A stretch of DNA of 20,395 bases from Candidatus Krumholzibacteriia bacterium (GTDB lineage Bacteria > Krumholzibacteriota > Krumholzibacteriia > LZORAL124-64-63): contig JAZBOO010000398.1 of NCBI GenBank assembly GCA_036351155.1, forward strand, positions 1-20,395. The letters run 5' to 3'. This document shows positions 1 through 8,600 of this stretch, in pieces. Each line of letters opens with the position of its first letter. Position 1 is the stretch's first letter. The translations under genes and the position numbers were made by a program. The notes beneath the pieces were generated by a model, which was not told the DNA's origin, did no database searches, and saw only the letters and a program-made list of their open reading frames with translations.

Positions 1-837
1 GGCCAGGTCGGGATACTTCAGCTCCACCCCGAGGTGGCAGACCAGCCGCAGGACATCGATCCGCCGGTTCTCCTGCAGGTAGGAAAGCAGGCCGGGCGGC
101 ATGGTCTTCTGGGCTTCTTCCCAGGATACGGCGGGCGGATGGGGCAGCCCGGTCAGGTCAGCCAGCGTGTTGAAGTACTGGGCCATGGTGCCGGGGGTAC
201 CGTCGGCCACGTTGTAGGCCAGTCCGCTGTGCCCATGGTCCATGGCGGCCAGGCAGGCGCTCACCAGGTCATCCACGTGGATCCGGTTGCTGAACGGGGC
301 CTCGTCGGCGCGGATCATGGGCGCGCCCTGGCGCAGTCTTTCCAGGGGAAGGCGGCCGGGCCCATAAATGCCCGCCACCCGCAGGATGATGGCCTCGCCG
401 CCGGTACTCTGAGCCCAGCTGGTCAGCTGCTGCTCGGCATCGGCGCGGCGCCGGGCGCGGTCGGTAGTGGGATTCAGGGGACGCTGCTCGGCCACCCAGT
501 CGCCCTGACAGTCCCCGTAAACTCCGGTGGTGCCGGTGTAGACGATGCGCGGGTGCAGGTCCTGTTCCGTGAGCTGGAGGAGGACGCGCGCCAGGCGGGG
601 GTCGGTCGATCCTTCGCCGGGAGGTGGGGCGAAGTAGAAGATTTGTTGATGGCCCGCCAGAGGCAGGGCGGTGTCGGGGCTGTCCAGGTCGGCCACGATG
701 GGCTCGACGCCCAGAACGCGCAGCACCTGAGCACTGGGTTCGGTGGCCACGGTGCCGGTGATCTTTTGGTTGTTGGTGAGCAGGCGGGCAGCCAGGCGGC
801 GCCCCGTGTATCCACAGCCGATGATGAGCAATGCCAT
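1..837 (-). CDS. NAD(P)-binding epimerase/dehydratase-like atypical SDR, 3' end beyond the window
   Basis: Missing from the ORF track because it has no stop in the window. Manual translation from ATG 837 (SD AAGGA): MALLIIGCGYTGRRLA...TGTTGVYGDCQGDWVAE...LRVAGIYGPGR...NRIHVDDL...YNVADG...YPDLA. These are the Rossmann GxGxxG and extended-SDR motifs. Confidence 0.9.
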   Translation of the reverse strand, partial: MALLIIGCGYTGRRLAARLLTNNQKITGTVATEPSAQVLRVLGVEPIVADLDSPDTALPLAGHQQIFYFAPPPGEGSTDPRLARVLLQLTEQDLHPRIVYTGTTGVYGDCQGDWVAEQRPLNPTTDRARRRADAEQQLTSWAQSTGGEAIILRVAGIYGPGRLPLERLRQGAPMIRADEAPFSNRIHVDDLVSACLAAMDHGHSGLAYNVADGTPGTMAQYFNTLADLTGLPHPPAVSWEEAQKTMPPGLLSYLQENRRIDVLRLVCHLGVELKYPDLA

Positions 838-947
838 TTCCTTTCTTGAATATTCCGCCACCCCGAAATGATAGACGAATCGTCCAGGCTCGGCTTCCCC
901 GGACCCGTCAATCGTGCTAGTTTTGCGTTCACCGCAAGGAGCATAAC

Positions 948-1802
948 ATGGAACAGATTCTGAATCCCGCCGAGCAACCCTGGTGGGGCCCCTTCGATTT
1001 CGGCATGGATGAAACGAGACTGTGGCGTCTGGGTTCGCTGGAACTGTGGGTTTCCCGGTTCAGCTCGGAGGTCCGGGTGACCTCACGTGGTCTTTCCCAG
1101 GAGGATGAAGGTCCGCTGTGTGCAGGGGAGCTGGTCGCGTTGCCGGACCCCACGGACCATGAAGACCTTGCGGTCGTGCGCTACGGGGTGCGGGAATCGG
1201 ACAAGCGACTTCAGATCATGCCGGCAACGGCCGATCGGGCGGTGGTGGTCAAATCCGAAAAAACCTTCATCGTGCCGCCTGGTGGGGCCATCTCCGCCTT
1301 CGTCAGTTCTCCTCTCTGGGTGCGGGTCGATCTGGACGATCCCGTGCGCCCCATGTATGCCCAGCCCACGAACCGGCCCAGCGACACCTGGTTTGGCCCT
1401 TCGACCATCGAAGGGGAGCTGTGCTACGCCATCCGCACCAGTGTCCGGTTCAACCTGGAGAATCTTCCGGTGCGCCCCCATCGGGCCATCTCGGTGGTGC
1501 GCATCCTGAACCACGGGACCACCCCTTTGCCGCTGGAACGCTTGCGGATTCCTCTGCCCTTGCTGTCCCTTTTTGCCGGAAATAACGGGCGGGTGTGGAC
1601 CGAGGCCATCACCCTGGAACGGAACCAGGACGACAACCTGGCGGACATCAAGCTGGGCCATGCCGCACCCACGGAGGCCGGCCCCTGCACCCTGATCGCG
1701 CCACCGCGCGCCACCATGGACAAACGCGATCCCATCCGGACCTTCACCGGTCTGCTGGGCTTGAGAAAGAGCAAAGAAGGTTATGAGCGGATTGCTGAAT
1801 AG
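948..1802 (+). CDS. DUF432-like hypothetical protein
   Basis: 284-aa ORF with SD AAGGAG. Motifs PATADRAVVV, PSDTWFGPST.EGELCYA and LERLRIPLPLLSLF recall DUF432 proteins, and the gene overlaps mscS. Confidence 0.7.
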   Translation: MEQILNPAEQPWWGPFDFGMDETRLWRLGSLELWVSRFSSEVRVTSRGLSQEDEGPLCAGELVALPDPTDHEDLAVVRYGVRESDKRLQIMPATADRAVVVKSEKTFIVPPGGAISAFVSSPLWVRVDLDDPVRPMYAQPTNRPSDTWFGPSTIEGELCYAIRTSVRFNLENLPVRPHRAISVVRILNHGTTPLPLERLRIPLPLLSLFAGNNGRVWTEAITLERNQDDNLADIKLGHAAPTEAGPCTLIAPPRATMDKRDPIRTFTGLLGLRKSKEGYERIAE

Positions 1803-2643
1803 CCTGGGCCTGGATGGCCTGATGTCCGTGGAACAGTTCACGAACATCCTGCGTGCTTTGCTGGTCCTGGTGGTGGGGATTTTCCTGGCCCGGCTGGCCG
1901 GGGCGGCGGTCAGCCGCGCCATCGGCAAGCGGCTGGGCAAGCAGGAGTCGATGATCACCCGGCGCTTTGTATTTTACGGCCTGACCATGCTGCTGATCGC
2001 CAGCACCTTGCACCAGCTGGGCTTCAAGCTGAGTGTCCTGCTGGGTGCGGCCGGCGTGTTGACCGTGGCGGTGGGTTTCGCCTCCCAGACCTCGGCTTCC
2101 AACCTGATCAGCGGGCTTTTTCTCATCGCCGAGCGACCCTTCGTGGTGGGCGACATCATCACCGTGGAGGGCGTGACCGGCGAGGTTCTCTCGGTCGACC
2201 TGCTGTCGGTCAAGCTGCGGACCTTCGACAACCTCTACGTGCGGGTGCCCAACGAGTCGATCATCAAGACCAAGATCACCAACCTGACCCACTTTCCCCT
2301 GCGCCGGGCGGACATCCAGGTGGGGGTGGCCTACAAGGAAGACCTGCCGACGGTCAAGAGGGTCTTGCAGGAAGTGGCGCAGGCCAATCCCCTGTGCCTC
2401 GAAGAGCCTGCCCCCCTGTTCATCTTCAAGGGGTACGGCAGCTCGGCGCTGGAGATGCAGTTCTCGGTCTGGGCGGTGCGGGAAAATTTCCTCGATTTGC
2501 GCAACTCCATTCAGCTGGAAATCAAGGCGGCCTTCGATCGCGAGGGTATCGAAATTCCTTTCCCGCATGTGTCGCTGTACACGGGGTCGGTCACCGATCC
2601 GTTTCCGGTGGAGGTGGTGGAAAGGCGTGGGGAGCAAGGTTGA
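1783..2643 (+). CDS. mscS: Small-conductance mechanosensitive channel, MscS family
   Basis: Three N-terminal hydrophobic segments, then GAAGVLTVAVGFASQTSASNLISGLFLIAERPFVVGD, LRTFDNLYVRVPN and GIEIPFP. Confidence 0.95.
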   Translation: MSGLLNSLGLDGLMSVEQFTNILRALLVLVVGIFLARLAGAAVSRAIGKRLGKQESMITRRFVFYGLTMLLIASTLHQLGFKLSVLLGAAGVLTVAVGFASQTSASNLISGLFLIAERPFVVGDIITVEGVTGEVLSVDLLSVKLRTFDNLYVRVPNESIIKTKITNLTHFPLRRADIQVGVAYKEDLPTVKRVLQEVAQANPLCLEEPAPLFIFKGYGSSALEMQFSVWAVRENFLDLRNSIQLEIKAAFDREGIEIPFPHVSLYTGSVTDPFPVEVVERRGEQG

Positions 2644-2649
2644 GGGAGC

Positions 2650-2673
2650 GGTTTTCCAACTAGTTGGAAAACC
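2650..2673. repeat. 24-bp perfect palindrome GGTTTTCCAACTAGTTGGAAAACC, copy 1 of a dispersed repeat
   Basis: Read directly. Lies 6 nt after the mscS stop, with near-identical copies at 3335 and 14418. Confidence 0.9.
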
Positions 2674-2691
2674 CGGACCACGGGAGATCGC

Positions 2692-3090
2692 ATGCTGAAA
2701 AGTTTTTCAATTTTCATGCTGGCCGTCCTGGTCTTGCCCGGCTGCACCTCGTACCAACCCGCTGTGATGTCAGGCGGGGCTTCACTGACCGAAGAAAATG
2801 CCACCTGGCGCCTGGTGGTGGAGGTGGGGGACCAAGTCCGCATGACCACGACCGCGGGCCAGGTGGTCTCGGGAGAAGTGATCTCCCTGTCCGGCACCGA
2901 GGTTGTTCTCGGCAAGCTGGGCAACTATGGTCCGGAGGAATTGAATCTGCCTCTTTCCGAGATCCAGTATGTCGAGGTGGAAAAGGTGGCGGGCCCCATG
3001 GGTTTCCTGGGGGGAACCGTGGCGGTGGTTTTGATTGTCGCCGGCAGTCTGGTGTTTTTCATTGGCCTGACCGGGGGCATCGGGAGTTAG
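2692..3090 (+). CDS. Hypothetical lipoprotein with a C-terminal transmembrane helix
   Basis: SD GGAG; signal peptide ending in lipobox LPGC (Cys18); beta-rich core; hydrophobic C-terminus FLGGTVAVVLIVAGSLVFFIGL. Confidence 0.75.
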   Translation: MLKSFSIFMLAVLVLPGCTSYQPAVMSGGASLTEENATWRLVVEVGDQVRMTTTAGQVVSGEVISLSGTEVVLGKLGNYGPEELNLPLSEIQYVEVEKVAGPMGFLGGTVAVVLIVAGSLVFFIGLTGGIGS

Positions 3091-3107
3091 CTTTTTTTGA
3101 GGTTCTC

Positions 3108-3345
3108 ATGCAATTTTCCACCAAGCGCGCGTTCAAGGGATCTTCAACGGCCGCCTTCTCCACCATTGAATCGATTCTTCTGCCGAACAACGTTCGCATA
3201 GTCCATTCGGGATCATCGAGACTGGAGCTGGCTGGTTCTGGGTCCCTTGATGGGCCTCTGGATTCGCCGCCGGACCATTCAGGCACTGGAAGACATGCTG
3301 GAAAGTGCGGTCGCCTGCGCAGGCCGTGAACAAATTTCCAACTAG
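3108..3345 (+). pseudogene. Possible internally deleted or frameshifted remnant of a small membrane-protein gene
   Basis: SD GAGG and ATG 3108 give MQFSTKRAFKGSSTAAFSTIESILLPNNVRIVHSGSSRLELAG. From 3229 another frame gives the protein-like WLVLGPLMGLWIRRRTIQALEDMLESAVACAGREQISN-stop (TAG 3343-3345). Confidence 0.35.
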
Positions 3346-3356
3346 TTGGAAAACCC
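3335..3356. repeat. Palindromic repeat copy 2, TTTCCAACTAGTTGGAAAACCC
   Basis: Read directly. Immediately downstream of the maeB-like stop codon (3358-3360, minus strand). Confidence 0.9.
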
Positions 3357-3357
3357 C

Positions 3358-5604
3358 TTACCCCTCCGAAAACGCCTCCACCACCCCCACGGTGGTCAGG
3401 TTGACCACATCTTCCACCGACGAACCGTACTGCAGAACATGCACCGGGAGCCGCGTGCCCATGAGCAGCGGGCCAATGGGCACGGCCTCGGCCATGTAGC
3501 TGAGCGCCTGCATGGCCAGGTTGCCCGATTGCAGGTCGGGGAAGATCAGCACGTTGGCATCGCCGGTCAATCGTGCAAAGGGGAACACGTGGTCGCGCAG
3601 GCGCTCGTTGCGGGCGGTCGAGAGCTGCATCTCGCCCTCGATTTCCAGGTCGGGCGCACGGTCGCGGGCAATTTCAAGGGCTTCCTGGACCCGGCGCGCG
3701 TTGGGATGGCGCGTGCTGCCGAAGTTGCTGAACGACAGCATGGCCACCCGTGGCTCCAGGCCCAGAGCGCGGGCCTTGGTGGCGGCCAGTAGAGCGGTTT
3801 CGGCCAGCTGCTCGGCCGTGGGGTCGATGTTGACGGCGCAATCGCCCAGGACCACCAGGTCGTTGGGCATGAGCACCAGATGGTGGCTGGACACGCGTTT
3901 GACGCCGGGGGCCGGCCCCACGATTTCCAGCAACGTGAGCAACGATTCGGTGAAGTGGGTCGAGTAACCGGCGATCATCATGTCGGCGCTGCCGGTGTGG
4001 ACCATCATGGCCCCGAAGAAATCGGGCTGACGCAGCTTCTCGTGGGCGGTGGCGCGAATGACGCCGTGCCGCTGCCGCAGCTGGAAGTACTCCTCGCAGT
4101 AGGCCTCGAAGCTGGGGCTGCGTGCGGGGTCCACCAGGGTGGCCCCGCTCAGGTCGAAGCCCAGGCCCGAAAGCTTCTCGCGAATGGCTTCCTCGTTGCC
4201 CAGCAAGATGGGCTTGGCAATGCCCTCGTCCAGGATCTGGCTGCAAGCCCGCAGCACGGTCTCGTTGGTGCCCTCGGTGAACACCACCCGCTTCTCTTGC
4301 TGGTGAGCGCGCATCAAGAGCTCGCGCATCTTCTCGCGCCCGGTGCCCAGCCGAACCGACAGGCGACCTTCGTAATCTTCCAGGCCGGTGGTCAGGTTGG
4401 CCCGACCCTCGGCAATGGCCATGCGCGCCACGGCGGCCGATTCGCGCAGGAAAATGCGCGGATCCAGCGGCTTGGGCAACAGGTACTGCGGCCCGAATGA
4501 AAACCGCTGACCGCCATAAGCCCGCTCCACCTCCTCGGGCACCTCTTCACGGGCCAGCTCGGCCAGCGATCGCGCAGCGGCCAGCAGCATGCCCTCGGTG
4601 ATGCTGTTGGCCTGCACGTCCAGCGCGCCGCGGAAAATGTAGGGGAAACTCAGCACGTCCATGATGGCGTTGGGATACTGACCCAGGCCGGTGGCCACGA
4701 TGGCATCTTGACGGCTGGCGCGCGCGGTTTCGTAGGCGATCTCCGGCTCGGGGGTGGCCATGGCAAAAACGATGGGAAAGCGCTCCATGGTGCGCACCAT
4801 CTCCTGGGTGAGCACCCCCCCTGACGAGGCGCCCAGGAACACGTCGGCCCCCTTCAGGCCGGCCTCCATGGAGTGCGCCTTGTCCTTGCTGGCGAACTCC
4901 CGCTGGTACTGGTGCAGGTCGTCGCGGTCCTCGTGGATCAGGCCGTCCACGTCGTACATCAGACAGTTGCCCGGACCCACGCCCAGCCGCCGCAAAAGTC
5001 GTGCACAACCGATCCCCACGGTGCCGGCCCCGCAAATGACCACCTTCACGTCTTCCAGTTGCTTGTCGGCCAGTTCGAGGGCGTTGATCAACGCGGCGGC
5101 CGCCACCACCGCGGTGCTGTACAGGTTCTCGTGGAACACGGGAATGGCCACGGTGCGGCGCAGCTCGTCGTAGATCTGCAGGCCGTGCGGGGCCTGAATG
5201 TCCTTCAGGTTGATGGCGCCGAAGGTGGGTTCGAGCTGCTGCACGGTGGAGACGAATCCGTCCACATCGGTGGGGTTGAGCTCCAGGTCGAACACGTCGA
5301 TGTCGGCCAGTCGCTTGAACAGGATGGCCATGCCTTCCTGCACCGGCTTGGCGGCGTGGGGGCCCACGTTGCCCAGGCCGGGAACGGCCGACCCATCGGT
5401 GAAAATGCCCACCAGATTGCCGCGCGAGGTGTAGCGGAAGACCTCGTTGACATCGCGACAGATTTCCTGGGCGGGGTAGGTGGCTCCGGGCAGGTAGGCC
5501 ATGCGGAAGTCGCGTGGGGCCAGGCAGGATTTGGTGGGATTGACCTCGATCTTGCCCGGGCGCCCCTTGGCATGGTAGTCCAGGGAATCCTGTTTCCTGA
5601 TCAC
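3358..5604 (-). CDS. maeB: MaeB-like malic enzyme/phosphotransacetylase-domain fusion, predicted catalytically inactive
   Basis: Colinear with Mae[29 protein letters not shown] Rossmann motif, [18 protein letters not shown], then a PTA-like domain ([30 protein letters not shown]). GTG start with SD AGGAG. Active-site substitutions are listed in the findings. Confidence 0.9.
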   Translation of the reverse strand: MIRKQDSLDYHAKGRPGKIEVNPTKSCLAPRDFRMAYLPGATYPAQEICRDVNEVFRYTSRGNLVGIFTDGSAVPGLGNVGPHAAKPVQEGMAILFKRLADIDVFDLELNPTDVDGFVSTVQQLEPTFGAINLKDIQAPHGLQIYDELRRTVAIPVFHENLYSTAVVAAAALINALELADKQLEDVKVVICGAGTVGIGCARLLRRLGVGPGNCLMYDVDGLIHEDRDDLHQYQREFASKDKAHSMEAGLKGADVFLGASSGGVLTQEMVRTMERFPIVFAMATPEPEIAYETARASRQDAIVATGLGQYPNAIMDVLSFPYIFRGALDVQANSITEGMLLAAARSLAELAREEVPEEVERAYGGQRFSFGPQYLLPKPLDPRIFLRESAAVARMAIAEGRANLTTGLEDYEGRLSVRLGTGREKMRELLMRAHQQEKRVVFTEGTNETVLRACSQILDEGIAKPILLGNEEAIREKLSGLGFDLSGATLVDPARSPSFEAYCEEYFQLRQRHGVIRATAHEKLRQPDFFGAMMVHTGSADMMIAGYSTHFTESLLTLLEIVGPAPGVKRVSSHHLVLMPNDLVVLGDCAVNIDPTAEQLAETALLAATKARALGLEPRVAMLSFSNFGSTRHPNARRVQEALEIARDRAPDLEIEGEMQLSTARNERLRDHVFPFARLTGDANVLIFPDLQSGNLAMQALSYMAEAVPIGPLLMGTRLPVHVLQYGSSVEDVVNLTTVGVVEAFSEG

Positions 5605-5605
5605 G

Positions 5606-8600
5606 TCAATCTCCTTTGGCCTGCCGGCCGCCGGCCGGCTTCTGCAGGGGGTACTTTTCGCAAGTGAGGGCGTGCTCGGCCAGGATGGCGGTGATGGGCC
5701 GGGCTTGCAACAGCCAGAACCGGTCGCCCTCGATGGCGAACTCCAGGTCCAGCGGGTAGCCGTACACCGCCTCGAGGGCCAGGGCCTTGCGGGTCATCTC
5801 GCACAGCTCGGTGTACTCGATGGCCGGCCGCAAGCGCTGGTGATAAAGGGTGTCGACCAGGCGGGTGCCCTGGCCGCGGCGCTTGTCGAACACCATCTGT
5901 TGCGGCTTGTCGTTGGTCAGGTAGTTGAAGTGCACGGGGTCGCGGTCCGGTCCCTGATCCTTGACAACGGTGACCATGTCGGCAGCCACCAGCCCGGACA
6001 CGATGCCCTCGCCCAGACCCAGCCCCACGCTGATGACCAGCTCGTTCAGGTCGCCCCCGGCCACGTTGACCGTTTGCATGACTCCGGAAACCCGGGCATC
6101 GACCATGCGCTGCACCACCACCCCGCCCACCGGTTGCCGGGCAATGTCCCCGGCCAGGGCGCGGGCGAACAGGGCGCGCTCGGTCCACATGCCGGCCCAG
6201 GTCAGCCGCAGATGCGCCAGAGTCGATGCCAGTCCCTGCACGTACAGGAAGGTGTCGTACACGCCGGCCTGCATGCTGGACTCGCTGTCCTCGTCACACG
6301 ACGACGAACGCAAGGCCAGGAAGGCCGCCGTCTCGGCATCTCGGGTCAGGCGCTGGTGAGCGCGGGCAATGTCGTCGGCCAGACGGTCGGGGATAAGGGC
6401 GGTATCCCACAATTTTTCAATCAGATGGGACTTGGCCCCGCAGTCGGCGCCCGGCAGGGCCAGCACGGCGTCGATGGCCTGAGCCAGGGTGTAGCGCCCC
6501 GGCGGCAGATGCCGGGACACCGCCTGATCCGCAGCCAGGGGCTGGCGCAGCATCAGCCGGAAGGCCGTGTCGCTCAGGGCAAACCAGGGAGGTGTGGCTT
6601 CGGGGCCGGACAGTCGGTCCAGCTCGGCCAGATTGGCACCCTTCCAGCCCAGCAGGGGATGGGTTTCCAGTCCGCACTCGCCGGGCACCAGGATGTTTTT
6701 CCGGCGCAGCTTGGTCAGCGTGGCCTGCTGGGCAGCGTCCAGTTGCTCGGCCGCCGCCGCCACCTTGCGGGCCTCCTGGGGCGTGGCCGGTTTGACCTGG
6801 TGAAGCCGGGCCAGCCGACGCAGCCGGTGGCTGTCCAGGTGATCGGGCCGTCCCAGGCCCCTGGTCAGGTCCCGGGCCAGCGCGGTGATGCGCTTCCAGG
6901 CCGGTCCATCATCAGGAAGCACGCGCGCGGGCAACCCCATGTCGTCGGGCAGGCCGGCGCGGCCTTCCAGATCGCGGATCATCTCCAGGGAATCGGCCAG
7001 CTGCCGACTGCGCAAGCGCCAGCCCAGGATCTCGAACAGGAAGCCGGCCCCGGGGGTGAGGTGCTGCTCTCGGTCGCGCGCGCCACGACAGCTCTCGTCC
7101 AGTTGCTTGACCAGTTCCTGCAGGCGGGGGACCACCCGTTCACGCACGGCCAGGTTGGCCAGGATTTCACCCAGGAACTCGGCGCGCAGCGCAGTTCCCA
7201 GCTGCAAGGGACCCTGCCCCAGCACGATTTCCTCCACCGCCAGGTCGGCCACGGTGTCGCTGGTGATGCGGCCCAGGGCCTTCTTGATCTGGTGGCGTGC
7301 CCGCAGCAGCTGGGCCCGGCTTTCGAGGATCTGCTGGGGATCGCTCGTTTGCTGCCCCTGCGTCTGGGCGCGACCCAGGAGCTGAAATCCCTGCCACAGC
7401 ACCAGGGTGTCCGGGTCCTGCCCCAGAATGCGCAGCACCTGCTGCTTGGTATCCAGGATGCACAGATCGCCCTCTTCCAGCCGGCCGGTGGTGTGGCTGG
7501 TGACGCTGCGGCGGCAAACTTGCAGCCCGGCAATGGATTGCTGCTCGGTGCGGTACAGGGTGGCCCGGAACACCAGGGCCGGAACATGGCCGCTTTCATC
7601 CCAGTCGGCCTCGACCACCAGGGCCGGCTTGCCAAACTGGATGGCCAGCAATGCGGCATGGCTCAGGACGGCCCCGCCGGTGCTGACGATGCCCGCGCTC
7701 TGCAACAGGTGCCGGCTGTCACTGGGACGTATTTCCCGGGCCACCAGGAGGCTGCCCACCAGGTCCTCGGGACGATGCCGCCCGGTGCCGAACAAGGCGC
7801 GTCCGGTGACACGACCGGGAGCAGCACCGATGCCTTCGAGGACATTGGCCGCCGTGGCCAGCCCCGTGGCGGGGCCCGGTCCAGGCAGGTGCGCCAGGCG
7901 GCGCAGTTCCTTGACCGCGGCCCTGGGATCGGGCTCCTGGATGTGGGGGCTGTCGCCCACGTAGTTGGCGCTACGGAGCAGGGACCACAGCCGCTCGGCG
8001 TCGGTGGCCGCGTTGGTGCACCAGGCCGCACGGGGGTGACTGCGGGTGCGCAACAGCCGGTCCTCGTAGGTGTACACCCCCAGGCGGATGACCCCGTGCT
8101 CATCGCGCGCCGCATAGATGCGCACCTCGCCCCCGCGCAGGGTCAACCGCCCGCGCTCGATGCGCAAGGCGCCCACGTAGCCGGTGGCCTGCAGGGGGAC
8201 AAACTTCTCCAGGTGGGCCACCACCGGGGCCATGGTCACCGCCTCGGCCAGGATGGTGTGGGCGGCCGGTGATCGACCTCCCAGCTGGCGCGCAAAGAAG
8301 GCGGTTTCATGCTCTTGCTGGCACAGGCGCGGATCGCAGGGCTCAAGTTTTCCCTTGTTCACGATAATCTGCCCCGACCGGACCCGGCGCCGCACCGGTT
8401 CGAGGATGTGGCGATGCACGGTCCTCAACGGCAGAGGCCCGGCCAGCTCACGGGCTTCGGTGGTGGGCGTGGGCAGGCCCAGGCGCTGGCCCTGTTCCAG
8501 GAAACGGTCCCACAGGTCGGGGGGCGTTTCGCCCTGCCAGATGTCGCAATAATGGCCCTGGCCCGACCAGGGAATCTCCACTTCGCCCTCGGGTCCCAGC

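Noticed and set aside
370..470. SDR lacks the catalytic YxxxK (has RARRRADAE)
   Set aside because: This is a known property of atypical SDR subgroups, not a novelty.
34..849. 271-aa plus-strand ORF
   Set aside because: Antisense shadow of the SDR gene, which has clear motifs on the minus strand.
3091..3098. T-run after the lipoprotein stop as a terminator
   Set aside because: No convincing GC-rich hairpin precedes it.
2650..3356. CRISPR repeats or IS terminal inverted repeats for the palindrome copies
   Set aside because: Spacing of about 685 bp and 11 kb is incompatible with an array, and there are no cas or transposase genes or target duplications.
5672..8272. 866-aa plus-strand ORF, and likewise 9311..10672
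   Set aside because: Antisense shadows of the dikinase gene, expected with high-GC codon bias; no recognisable motifs.
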